Assembly (NCBI GenBank): GCA_965199175.1
Contig: OZ240684.1
Span: forward strand, 1,579,288 to 1,643,287
Length of the DNA: 64,000 nucleotides
DNA from: Alphaproteobacteria bacterium
GTDB taxonomy: Bacteria; Pseudomonadota; Alphaproteobacteria; G963923945
Direction of reading: 5' to 3'
Shown here: one piece after another, positions 1-9,018 of the stretch
Layout of the letters: the number at the start of each line of letters is the position of its first letter
Position numbering within the stretch: position 1 is the stretch's first letter
Notes under the pieces: generated by a model
The model's database searches: none
Told to the model about the DNA's origin: nothing
What the model saw: only the letters and a program-made list of their open reading frames with translations
Position numbers and translations under genes: made by a program

Positions 1-732
1 GATCAACCCCAAGAATATCCCAGCATTTTTCGGTAATTTCCGGGGTATCACAGTCTTCATCCATTTCCGGAAACAAAACCAGGGATTCGGGATCCCGGGC
101 ATCAATAGTGATGTTATGGGTGTTAAACAACTGACTATACCCGGCCCGCATCGCGTCTTCTGTTTCATTGCCCAACCGTCCGGCTACACTGAGAGAAAAG
201 CCATGATGGGCAAGCCATATCAAGCCTTCCAGACCCGGTTTCCAGGTCCCGCGGCCACGTTCAGTCTCATGGCCTGCAGAACTGTAATGGTCCAGGGAAA
301 CCCGCAGACGCAATCGATCACCGTAAGTCGACTGTAACGCCCGTAAATCCTGGTCATGACGGCGCATCGGTTTCATCGCATTGGTCAGAACCAAAACCCG
401 GAAACCACGCTCCAAAATCATACTCAGCATGGCCATAATATCAGGATTCATAAACGGCTCACCACCGGTCAGGCCAATCTCCGAAGTGCCTAGGCGGTTG
501 CGCTCAATTTCATCTATAAACGGCAGGACATCGCCAATCCGGATATATTCCAGACGGTCATTGCGTGGGCTGGATTCGATATAGCAATGGGCACAGGTGA
601 TATTGCACAAAGTCCCGGTATTGATCCACAAAATACGCAACGCATCCAAACCGACCCAGGCCCTTTTGCTGCCTGAAGCGGTTTTATCAGGATCCTGAAA
701 TTTTTCCCGAACCAACGATTCTGCAAGACTCA
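1..732 (-). CDS. Radical SAM/Cys-rich domain protein (ArsS-like, TIGR04167-type), C-terminus beyond window start
   Basis: Reverse strand has an uninterrupted reading frame from the ATG at 730-732 to the window edge. Translation begins MSLAESLVREKFQDPD and contains a CNITCAHC (CX3CX2C) radical SAM cluster motif, GGEPF, and a Cys-rich C-terminal region. It is absent from the ORF track because the stop lies outside the window. Confidence 0.5.
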
Positions 733-1235
733 TCTCAAACCATCCAGGGAACAACCCAAAACAGGAAACACCCGGCATCGCCGGATGCCCCCATATAAAC
801 AACCAACCGGTATCCTAAGCCAGGAATAATGGCAAGACCAATCCGATGATCCTGTCTGGTATACTGATTCTATTTTTAGTCCTGTTTTCAGGATAAAGAA
901 CCCTCCATGATCAATCATAGATGATCACATCGCATGATCATATCTCTGTTTTGAAAACCACCGGTCTGTTTTTGGGGCGATATGTGTCCTGACCCGGCAA
1001 AAATCACCATTCCACTCTGTTCTTTGGGTTATATCCTGAAAAAATCTCCGGTTATCAGAGGTGGCCACGCCCTGATACAGCAGAGGGAACACATCATCAT
1101 GACATCATAATCACGTCATCATGACGATTGATCCTTGTGATGATTGTATGCTGGAATATGATCACAAGGATGCCAGAATACCGTGCCGGACTATAATACC
1201 GTGCCGGACTATGCTGAGGCCACTTCCGGACTGAT

Positions 1236-1309
1236 GCGGGCGTAGCTCAATGGTAGAGCCCTTGCTTCCCAAGCAAGTGACGTGGGTTCGATTCCCATCG
1301 CCCGCTCCA
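1236..1309 (+). tRNA. tRNA-Gly (anticodon CCC)
   Basis: 74-nt cloverleaf: acceptor GCGGGCG/CGCCCGC, D-arm GCTC..GAGC, anticodon stem CTTGC/GCAAG with loop TTCCCAA, T-arm GTGGG TTCGATT CCCAT, and an encoded CCA end. Confidence 0.9.
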
Positions 1310-1604
1310 GGAACCTGTTCAGTCATCACTAACCTGTTCAGTCATAAAGAAACATCGCGTACCAATTCCCCAAAGCATCCGCCATGGTCATATCAATCAC
1401 GGTACCATCAATCATGCGTATCCAGTCTGTAATCCCCATCTCCCGGCTTTTTACGTCATACCATTTTGTACCAGATACCATTTTGCACCAGGCTAAAAAC
1501 CCGATCATAGGCAAGAATTGATTGAAGACATCACAGACAAAACAATGGACGAAACAACCGGGCCGGTTGCTTGTTATGCCACGTTATTTATTTATCGTGA
1601 CCAT

Positions 1605-1636
1605 ATTTGTCGTGACCATATTTGTCGTGACCATGG
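1605..1636. repeat. Tandem direct repeat, 3x cgtgaccatatttgt
   Basis: Seen directly upstream of the 1960 gene. Further arrays follow at 1652-1706 (ttttgcacagaatttt-type, x3) and 1834-1880 (atacaataaact, x3). Confidence 0.7.
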
Positions 1637-1959
1637 CCGGCAAACAGCATCATGTTTGTTTTGCACAGAATTTTGTTTTGCATAGAATTTTATTTTGCAC
1701 AGAATATAGCGGGTCTGTTCCTTGCGGTCTTTTCACTGGTGTTCAGCCACCATTCAGCCTACGGCCACTAACTTCCGGCTCTGTTTTGTCAGGGTTTTAT
1801 GCCCTGAACGCTTGCTATGAGTGATTGCTGATACAATAAACTTACATATACAATAAACTGATACAATAAACTGAATAAAACAGAGTAGTCGGGTTAAAAT
1901 CAGGGCAGCGATGCGGAGATAAGGATGCAAAGACGGGACAGTGATGCGGAGACAGGACA

Positions 1960-3372
1960 GTGATAACCAACCGGGTTGAGCAAAACGTTGTGAAACATTT
2001 AGAGAAAAATTTAACCAAGAGTTCATCACATATTCTGTTACGTCCTCTGTTGGTTTCGGGTGTTGTGCTTTGGAGTGTTTTTGCCGGTGTTTGTGTCGGG
2101 CTGGCAATCTTATTGGCGGGAACAGATGGAATCCCGGCTGCCCAGGCCCGTGAAGCCAGTGTTGAGGAATTGGAAAAACGCAAAGCCTGGGATGCTGAAC
2201 GACGCAAAGCCCGTGAAGAACGCCAACGGCGACGCGGCAGTATCAAAGCCGCCAAAAAATCTCAAACCCCGGCCCAGGAGATTGCCATTGGCTTTCTGAC
2301 CCAGGCTCCCGATATTCCCCCGGCTCTGTCCAATCTTGATCCGGTTTTACTCGATGAGGGGGAATATGGGGCCGAGTTGGGAATCGAGGATAACAATACA
2401 ACCGGCCAATTCTTAAATCAGAAATTTGTCCTGACCAGAGTCAATCTTCCCAGGGATGGCGACCTGAGTGCTGCTTTTATTGAACTGGCGGCGACCAATT
2501 CTTTTATCATCACCCATCTGCCTGCTGATCATGTATTGGCATTGGCTGATTTGCCTCAGGCCCGGGATATCATCATTCTCAACGCTTCGGCCAGCGATGA
2601 TTCGCTGCGTGGCCAGGACTGCCGGGCCAATATTTTTCACATCATTCCCAGTCGGGCGATGCATGCTGATGCGCTTGCTCAATTCCTGGTAAAAAAGAAA
2701 TGGGATGAATGGTTTTTGGTTATCGGGCCGCGTCCTGACGATGAATTATTTGCCGCCGCCATACGACACGCAGCAGAAAAATTTGGTGCTGAGATTGTCG
2801 AAGAAAAAACCTGGGATTTTGAGGCTGATATCCGCCGTACCGCCAAAGCAGAGCTTCCGGTTTTCACACGCGGCGCAGACTATGATATCCTGATTGTTGC
2901 CGATGAACAGGGGCGGTTTGGTGAATATCTGCCCTATAATACCTGGGAACCAAAGCTGATTGCCGGCACGCAGGGTCTGGTCCCCACCGCCTGGGGGCGT
3001 ACCCATGAACAATGGGGAGCCATCCAGATGCAAAACCGGTTTCGCCGGGCATCAAATCGTTGGATGACGCCGGTTGACTATGCTGCCTGGACAGCCACCC
3101 GGGCGATCGGCGAAGCGGTCAGCCGCATTGGTTCGGGCGATCCTCAGATGATCCGGGATTACCTGAGAAGTGACGCATTTAATGTTGCTGCGTATAAAGG
3201 CCAGAAACTCACCTTCCGCGATTGGGACCAGCAGCTACGCCAACCGATTCTCCTTGCTGCTGCCCGGGCAATGGTCTCAGTATCCCCACAGCCAGGGTTC
3301 CTGCATCCGGAACGAGAACTGGATACTTTGGGGACAGACCGTGCGTTATCTGAGTGCCGCTTGCCACAATAA
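1960..3372 (+). CDS. ABC transporter substrate-binding protein of the PQQ-dependent alcohol dehydrogenase system (PBP1/LivJ-like; TIGR03863-type)
   Basis: 470-aa ORF with an N-terminal hydrophobic segment, a charged KR-rich linker, then a periplasmic-binding-protein type 1 fold. It is syntenic with the beta-propeller, ABC ATPase and ABC-2 permease genes that form the conserved PQQ-dehydrogenase-associated transporter. The start codon is uncertain; internal GTG and TTG candidates exist. Confidence 0.55.
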   Translation: MITNRVEQNVVKHLEKNLTKSSSHILLRPLLVSGVVLWSVFAGVCVGLAILLAGTDGIPAAQAREASVEELEKRKAWDAERRKAREERQRRRGSIKAAKKSQTPAQEIAIGFLTQAPDIPPALSNLDPVLLDEGEYGAELGIEDNNTTGQFLNQKFVLTRVNLPRDGDLSAAFIELAATNSFIITHLPADHVLALADLPQARDIIILNASASDDSLRGQDCRANIFHIIPSRAMHADALAQFLVKKKWDEWFLVIGPRPDDELFAAAIRHAAEKFGAEIVEEKTWDFEADIRRTAKAELPVFTRGADYDILIVADEQGRFGEYLPYNTWEPKLIAGTQGLVPTAWGRTHEQWGAIQMQNRFRRASNRWMTPVDYAAWTATRAIGEAVSRIGSGDPQMIRDYLRSDAFNVAAYKGQKLTFRDWDQQLRQPILLAAARAMVSVSPQPGFLHPERELDTLGTDRALSECRLPQ

Positions 3373-3391
3373 AGCCAGCAATGAAAAATCT

Positions 3392-3470
3392 TATTTCCTG
3401 GAATTTAAAATCCAACAGAATCTAAAATCCCAATCTAAAATCCAACAGAATCTAAAATCCAACAGAAATT
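3392..3470. repeat. Tandem direct repeat (aatccaacagaatctaaa-type, about 3 copies)
   Basis: Seen in the spacer between the 1960 gene and the beta-propeller gene. Confidence 0.7.
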
Positions 3471-3517
3471 CGCTCATAATTCCTAAGAAACACCCCCATT
3501 CCTTCAGGAGAGTTGCC

Positions 3518-4582
3518 ATGACATTTCAACATGTTTCTCATATGACACCCCCCATATTAGCTGACCGCATACCCGGCCAGGGCCGCTTTGCCCCGGCCCG
3601 TGCGGTCAGGATTCCTGTTTTGGGAATCGTCGTTGCTGTTGCTCTTGGTATCTTCATGGCTCCGCATACCGCCTGGGCCGGAAAAGCCTTCATTACCAAT
3701 GAAAAAGATAATACGGTTTCGATCATTGATACCCAAACCCTGGAAGTCATCCATACCGAACCGGTTGGCCAACGGCCGCGTGGGATCATTCTCAATCATG
3801 ATGGTTCAGAATTCTATATCTGTGCCAGCGATGATAACCGGATTGAGGTCCGGGATTCGGAGACCTATAAACTCAAACATTACTTACCCAGCGGCCCGGA
3901 TCCTGAGTTATTCATCCTGCATCAGGATGGCTATACGCTCTTTGTTGCCAATGAAGACGACAATATGGTTACGGTGGTCGATGTTGAGGACAAAACCATT
4001 ATTGATGAGATCATTGTCGGGGTCGAACCAGAGGGTCTGGGGCTTGATTCCAGCGGTGCCATCCTGGTCAATACCTCAGAAACCACCAATATGGCCCATT
4101 TCATTGATACCGAGACTTTTGAAATTTTAGAAAATGTCCTGGTCGATGCCCGGCCCCGGGCGTCTATTTTTACCAGCGATGGCTCTGAGGTCTGGGTCAG
4201 TGCTGAGGTCGGTGGCACGGTCCGGGTGATTGACCCCAAAAGCCACGAGATTCTCAAAATCATCCGGTTTGAAATCCCCGGAATCAACGAAGAAGCCATT
4301 CAACCTGTTGGAATCCGCATGACCAGCGATGGCCAATATGCTTTCATCGCTTTGGGACCATCGAACCGGGTGGCGGTTGTGGATCAGAAAACCAAAGAAG
4401 TGATTAAATATCTTCTGGTCGGCCAGAGGGTATGGCAGCTGGCATTGACCGGAGATGAAAAACGCCTTTTTACCACCAACGGTGTCAGCAATGATGTTTC
4501 GGTCATTGATGTTGAAAATCTTAAAGTTCTCAAATCAATCCGGGTTGGTCGCTTCCCCTGGGGTGTGGTGATCAGGGATTAA
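3518..4582 (+). CDS. YVTN-family beta-propeller protein, PQQ-dependent catabolism-associated (TIGR03866-type)
   Basis: Repeated ITNEKDNTVSIIDT, VANEDDNMVTVVDV and TTNGVSNDVSVIDV blades. Signal peptide LGIVVAVALGIFMAPHTAWA. AGGAG ribosome-binding site at 3506-3510 ahead of the ATG at 3518; the track ORF extends further upstream in the same frame. Confidence 0.7.
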   Translation: MTFQHVSHMTPPILADRIPGQGRFAPARAVRIPVLGIVVAVALGIFMAPHTAWAGKAFITNEKDNTVSIIDTQTLEVIHTEPVGQRPRGIILNHDGSEFYICASDDNRIEVRDSETYKLKHYLPSGPDPELFILHQDGYTLFVANEDDNMVTVVDVEDKTIIDEIIVGVEPEGLGLDSSGAILVNTSETTNMAHFIDTETFEILENVLVDARPRASIFTSDGSEVWVSAEVGGTVRVIDPKSHEILKIIRFEIPGINEEAIQPVGIRMTSDGQYAFIALGPSNRVAVVDQKTKEVIKYLLVGQRVWQLALTGDEKRLFTTNGVSNDVSVIDVENLKVLKSIRVGRFPWGVVIRD

Positions 4583-4595
4583 CAAGGACCTGAAT

Positions 4596-5408
4596 ATGGT
4601 GGCAACAGCGGCAAAGCCGGAGGCAGCGATATCTTCATCGGCGATATCTTCATCGGCTCTTGAGATTGCCGGTCTCACGCACCGCTTTGGTTCGGTCTGT
4701 GCCCTTGATGAGGCGTCTTTGTCTCTCAATCAGGGAGACTTCACGGTTCTTCTCGGCCTGAACGGAGCCGGGAAAACCACTCTTTATTCCTTAATCACCC
4801 GCCTCTATAGCCATCAAAGCGGTTCTATTCACATTTTCGGCCATGATCTCTATCGCCATTCTTCGGCGGCATTGGCCCGGATCGGGGTGGTTTTCCAGCA
4901 GCCAAGCCTGGACCTGGATCTCAGCGTTGAGCAAAATTTACGCTATCATGCCTCCCTGCATGGGATCGACCGGCAGACAACACGTCACCGCATTGAGAGT
5001 GAACTGCAGCGGTGCGGCCTTTCTGAACAGGCTGGTGCCAGGCTCCGGACCCTGAGCGGTGGCCAGCGGCGGCGGGTTGAAATTGCCCGTGCCTTGCTGC
5101 ATCAACCATCATTGCTCTTGCTTGATGAACCCACTGTCGGCCTGGATATTGGATCACGGCAAGCCATTCTTCATCATGTCCGTGAATTGTGTCGGTCCGA
5201 AAATTTGGCGGTTTTATGGGCAACCCACCTCATTGATGAGATTGGGGCGGGTGAAAAAGTCGTGATTCTGCACCAGGGCCGGGTTCTGGCCGCCGGACCA
5301 GTGGATCAGGTGGTTACCAAAGCCGGTACTCAAGATATTCGCCAGGCTTTTAATAAAATAACCGGCATATCAGATGGTGTCGAAAATCCGGCCCTGAGCA
5401 AAGCCTGA
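4596..5408 (+). CDS. ABC transporter ATP-binding protein (PQQ-dehydrogenase system, TIGR03864-type)
   Basis: Walker A GLNGAGKTT, ABC signature LSGGQRRRV, Walker B LLLLDEPTVGLD. Confidence 0.8.
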   Translation: MVATAAKPEAAISSSAISSSALEIAGLTHRFGSVCALDEASLSLNQGDFTVLLGLNGAGKTTLYSLITRLYSHQSGSIHIFGHDLYRHSSAALARIGVVFQQPSLDLDLSVEQNLRYHASLHGIDRQTTRHRIESELQRCGLSEQAGARLRTLSGGQRRRVEIARALLHQPSLLLLDEPTVGLDIGSRQAILHHVRELCRSENLAVLWATHLIDEIGAGEKVVILHQGRVLAAGPVDQVVTKAGTQDIRQAFNKITGISDGVENPALSKA

Positions 5409-6211
5409 TGACCGGAATGCATTATATCCGCTGTTTTAACGGCATCATCTGGCGCGAAGGGTTGCGTTTCGTGCATCAGCGGGAGCGTTTTCTCTCTGCC
5501 CTGGTGCGGCCCCTGGTCTGGCTGGCGATTTTTGCTGCGGGATTCCGTTCAGTGGTCAATATCGGGATCACCGCACCCTATGTCACCTATATTGAATATC
5601 AGGTGTATATTGTGCCGGGTCTGTGCGCGATGATTCAACTGTTCAACGGGATGCAAAGTTCGCTCTCTATGGTGTATGACCGCGAAACCGGGAGCATGCG
5701 GAGCTTATTGGTCAGCCCTCTGCCGCGTTGGTTTCTGCTGGTGAGTAAGCTAATCGCCGGGGTAACGGTCTCGATTATTCAGGTCTATGCTTTTTTAGCG
5801 ATTGCCTGGTTTTGGGATGTTGATCCGCCCTGGGCCGGCTATCTGGCTGTTCTTCCGGCATTGTTCCTTTCCGGCCTGGCTCTTGGGGCTTTGGGAATGT
5901 TTCTTTCTTCGGCGATTCGCCAGCTGGAGAATTTCGCCGGGGTGATGAATTTTGTTATTTTCCCGATGTTTTTTACTTCTTCAGCATTGTATCCTTTATG
6001 GAAAATCAGCGAATCGAGTGAGGTTCTCTATTGGGTTTGCCTGTTTAATCCCTTTACCCATGCTGTGGAGCTGATCCGTTTTGCTTTATATCTTGATGTG
6101 AATCTTCTCTCTTTGGGCGTTGTTGCAGCCACCGCTGTGTTGTTTCTCGGTATGGCGATTTACGGCTATGACCCAGGCCGTGGCCTGATTGCCCGTCGAA
6201 AGTCTTCGTAA
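5408..6211 (+). CDS. ABC-2 family transporter permease (TIGR03861-type)
   Basis: Overlaps the preceding ATPase stop by one nucleotide; 267 aa with six predicted hydrophobic helices. Confidence 0.75.
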   Translation: MTGMHYIRCFNGIIWREGLRFVHQRERFLSALVRPLVWLAIFAAGFRSVVNIGITAPYVTYIEYQVYIVPGLCAMIQLFNGMQSSLSMVYDRETGSMRSLLVSPLPRWFLLVSKLIAGVTVSIIQVYAFLAIAWFWDVDPPWAGYLAVLPALFLSGLALGALGMFLSSAIRQLENFAGVMNFVIFPMFFTSSALYPLWKISESSEVLYWVCLFNPFTHAVELIRFALYLDVNLLSLGVVAATAVLFLGMAIYGYDPGRGLIARRKSS

Positions 6212-6306
6212 ACACGCAGCCTTAAGGAATGCACAGGATATAATTCATCAATCAGGCTTGCTGTGAGCATACTTCCTCTCCATATCATGTTTATCGAAAG
6301 GATCAT

Positions 6307-6729
6307 TTGATGCCGTTATTTATTACTCTACTCTTTGTTGCTCTTGTGAGCATATCGCCTGCTCATGGCGAAGGTGATCTGGCTATCCGGGCCAAACCCC
6401 TGACCCTGGAACTGGGATCAGAAGAAAGCGATTACTTTATGTCCACAAAGGCATTCACCCTGGAAACCGGTCAGGCATATCGGCTGGAAATCTCCAGCTT
6501 CGGCTTTAAGGAATATGTTTTCAGTGCACCGGATTTTTTCCGGGATATCTGGATCCGCAAAATCGAGGTTGAAGATGTGGAAATCAGCACACCGGTCATT
6601 ACTGAGATTGAATTTGAATCCGAAGGTGAGGTTGAACTGATTTTTGTTCCCATCCGCACCGGGCAGTATGAATTCAGGATGCTTGGCCTTGAATCACGCG
6701 GGATGGTCGGCACCATCACGGTCAAATAA
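6307..6729 (+). CDS. Hypothetical secreted protein, cupredoxin-like beta-sandwich without obvious Cu ligands
   Basis: Signal peptide MMPLFITLLFVALVSISPAHG. Acidic. The C-terminus RTGQYEFRMLGLESRGMVGTITVK resembles cupredoxin C-termini but lacks His, Cys and Met ligands. Lies between the PQQ-system transporter and pqqA. Confidence 0.45.
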   Translation: MMPLFITLLFVALVSISPAHGEGDLAIRAKPLTLELGSEESDYFMSTKAFTLETGQAYRLEISSFGFKEYVFSAPDFFRDIWIRKIEVEDVEISTPVITEIEFESEGEVELIFVPIRTGQYEFRMLGLESRGMVGTITVK

Positions 6730-6826
6730 TGGTCGGGAAAAAATAGCCGGACAGAAGCCTGTTTCAGGATTCAGTACTGATCCAGTACAACTGCGTAAAC
6801 TCAAATCTCCCGGGAGGACACTTGAT

Positions 6827-7471
6827 ATGTTGGGACGACTTTTTTGGGGTGTTGTTTTCACCTCTGTGTTGACTGTTTTTGCAAGCCCATCCGGCAAGGC
6901 CGGTAACGGACCGCCGGATGATCGTCAGACACCGGAAAACTGGCCTTGTGAACAACGCTATGATCCCGGTATCGGGCTCACGACAGTGTGGAACGGCCCT
7001 CCGATTGATGACTGGATTGATGTATGGTGGGAAGATGCAGATGTTTTTGAGATTGTCGAAACCCTCAAAGATCCCTTGCTGAGCGAAGAAGAAATGCAGG
7101 AAATCATCGATTCCTTTGTCAAAACGGTCAATGATAAGGATACCGCTTTGCGGGCTGCTTTTGCCGGTCTCTATCAACGGGCCAATGAACGGCGACGCTT
7201 ACAGCAACGGGGAATTGTGCGCTTTGCTGAACGTCAGGATCAGGTCACCCGCAATATCTCTGAAACCTCAAAAAAGCTCCGTAAACTGCGCAAAGAGGGT
7301 GTCGATAAGGAAGATCCGGAATTTGCCACCCTCGTCCAGAAAATGGAGTGGAATACCCGGGTGTATGATGAACGTACCCGCCTGACTGAGTATATCTGTG
7401 AGGAACCGGTATTCACGGTGCAAAATCTGGGTATTCTGGCCCGCCTGATTGAGGCACATTTGCAAAAGTAA
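6827..7471 (+). CDS. Hypothetical secreted protein
   Basis: GGGAGGA ribosome-binding site at 6812-6818 and ATG at 6827. Signal peptide MLGRLFWGVVFTSVLTVFASPSG. The remainder is predicted helical (KLRKLRKEGVDKEDPEF). The track ORF from 6644 overlaps the previous gene and is probably too long. Confidence 0.4.
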   Translation: MLGRLFWGVVFTSVLTVFASPSGKAGNGPPDDRQTPENWPCEQRYDPGIGLTTVWNGPPIDDWIDVWWEDADVFEIVETLKDPLLSEEEMQEIIDSFVKTVNDKDTALRAAFAGLYQRANERRRLQQRGIVRFAERQDQVTRNISETSKKLRKLRKEGVDKEDPEFATLVQKMEWNTRVYDERTRLTEYICEEPVFTVQNLGILARLIEAHLQK

Positions 7472-7648
7472 AATTCAGGACTGAGATCAGATTATCACTC
7501 AGACCAGGCGGCCAGATGAACCGAAATATGAATGAAAAAAAGATGAATTACAGATGAATAAAACTCTCACAAATCATTCATCAAAGGCTTGTTACATTCT
7601 TTACCGTTGTCCGATTTGGGCAATAACCTTAATCTATGGAGATTAAAA

Positions 7649-7726
7649 ATGGCTTGGAAAACTCCCAAAGTCTCAGAGATCGCCGTTGGTCTCGAAATCA
7701 ACAGCTATGCTTGCGCCGAAGCGTAA
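7649..7726 (+). CDS. pqqA: Coenzyme PQQ precursor peptide PqqA, copy 1
   Basis: 25-aa peptide MAWKTPKVSEIAVGLEINSYACAEA with the conserved E-X3-Y crosslinking pair. A terminator hairpin follows. Not in the ORF track because it is shorter than 60 aa. Confidence 0.8.
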   Translation: MAWKTPKVSEIAVGLEINSYACAEA

Positions 7727-7751
7727 GTCTTAACAAAAGCTGTAAAAGAAA

Positions 7752-7785
7752 CCTCCGGCCGCATCAGACAGCCGGGGGTTTTTTT
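7752..7785 (+). terminator. Rho-independent terminator after pqqA1
   Basis: Stem CCTCCGGC/GCCGGGGG with an 11-nt loop, followed by T7. Confidence 0.6.
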
Positions 7786-7962
7786 ATGTCTGTGCTGAGT
7801 ACTGAGCCTCTGGTCAAAAAATCCGCCTCTGGTCAAAAAAGCTGAACGTCATATGAATACCTTCCTCAGAATATGTTCAAAGGATGGGGGGTATGATCGC
7901 ATCAAGTTTTGTGAATTCTAACAGATCGTCTGATCCATTCTAACCCATTAAGGAGATGAATA

Positions 7963-8040
7963 ATGGCCTGGAATACACCAAAAGTTGCTGAAATTGCTGT
8001 CGGCCTCGAAATCAACAGCTATGCATGTGCTGAGGCGTAA
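7963..8040 (+). CDS. pqqA: PqqA precursor peptide, copy 2
   Basis: MAWNTPKVAEIAVGLEINSYACAEA. AAGGAGA Shine-Dalgarno sequence at 7951-7957. Confidence 0.85.
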   Translation: MAWNTPKVAEIAVGLEINSYACAEA

Positions 8041-8087
8041 ACACACGCTCAGTTTAAGCCACTTAAGTAATGTGGTTGAATACAAAA

Positions 8088-8115
8088 CCCCCGGCCCTAA
8101 AGCCGGGGGTTTTTT
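8088..8115 (+). terminator. Rho-independent terminator after pqqA2
   Basis: CCCCCGGC cctaaa GCCGGGGG followed by TTTTTT. A partial second copy, gggccgggggtttttt, sits about 8155-8175. Confidence 0.7.
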
Positions 8116-8366
8116 GATGGCTCACCTGCATCCGGGGCAATCTCATACAGAGGCTTCAGGGCCGGGGGTTTTTTGATGTCTGTGCTGAGTACTGAATCTC
8201 TGGTCAAAAATCCGCCTCCGGCCAAAAAACCTGAACGCCATATGAATACCTTGCTCAGAATATGTTCAAAGGATGGGGGGTATGATCGCATCAAGTTTTA
8301 TGAATTCTGGTTTTGTGAATTCTAACAGATCGTCTGATCCATTCTAACCCATTAAGGAGATGAATA

Positions 8367-8444
8367 ATGGCCTGGAATACACCAAAAGTTGCTGAAATCG
8401 CCGTTGGCCTCGAAATCAACAGCTATGCATGTGCTGAGGCGTAA
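8367..8444 (+). CDS. pqqA: PqqA precursor peptide, copy 3
   Basis: Peptide identical to copy 2. AAGGAGA Shine-Dalgarno sequence at 8355-8361. Confidence 0.85.
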   Translation: MAWNTPKVAEIAVGLEINSYACAEA

Positions 8445-8491
8445 ACACACGCTCAGTTTAAGCCACTTAAATAACGTGGTTGAATACAAAA

Positions 8492-8519
8492 CCCCCGGCC
8501 CTAAAGCCGGGGGTTTTTT
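8492..8519 (+). terminator. Rho-independent terminator after pqqA3
   Basis: Same CCCCCGGC/GCCGGGGG hairpin, followed by TTTTTT. Confidence 0.7.
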
Positions 8520-8689
8520 GATGCCTCATCTGCATCCGGGGCAATCTCATACAGAGGCTTCAGGGAATACATAAAAAATACGTAAAAAATACTCAAAAAA
8601 CGTTCCCTGACCCGGCCACCATTATGAACCGGGTATAAATATCTGCCTCAGACCATATTCAGCAATATTCTGCATAAATAAAATACCAA

Positions 8690-8726
8690 CTCGATAAGAT
8701 CTCGATAAGACCTCGATTAAGACTCT
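8690..8726. repeat. Tandem direct repeat ctcgataaga, about 3 copies
   Basis: ctcgataagatctcgataagacctcgattaagactc, in the pqqA-pqqB spacer. Confidence 0.6.
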
Positions 8727-9018
8727 GTGAGACACTGAAACAATTAAGAGAAAATCGTAAAATAGCGAAAAATCATAACACAATCATATAATGCTGTCCT
8801 TGGTTCAGGTATCCTGTATCGCGTATTATGTATAATGATGGATTCAATTAAGTCTCTTGAACAGCCATGTTGAACTATTCCGGCCTGGTTCAGTCCCTCT
8901 TCCTGATCAAACCATCTCAGGACGTCAGTGGTCTTAATATAGGCCGGATCATCGCCATATAAGACCATTTTCAATAGTTTCAATAACAGTATAAAAAACC
9001 CAATAATCAGGAGTTATC

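Larger units (their letters stand above)
7786..8575. repeat. Two tandem direct-repeat units of about 390-404 bp, each carrying promoter-proximal sequence, a Shine-Dalgarno sequence, pqqA and a terminator
   Basis: Sequence from about 7786 to 8170 is repeated almost identically at about 8172 to 8575. The copies are identical apart from scattered point differences and a 15-bp insertion (ctggttttgtgaatt) in the second unit. Both begin gatgtctgtgctgagtactga and contain ttaaggagatgaataatggcctggaatacacc. Confidence 0.8.

Noticed and set aside
3588-4130. 180-aa plus-strand ORF overlapping the beta-propeller gene
   Set aside because: An alternative frame of a gene with clear YVTN repeats in the other frame.
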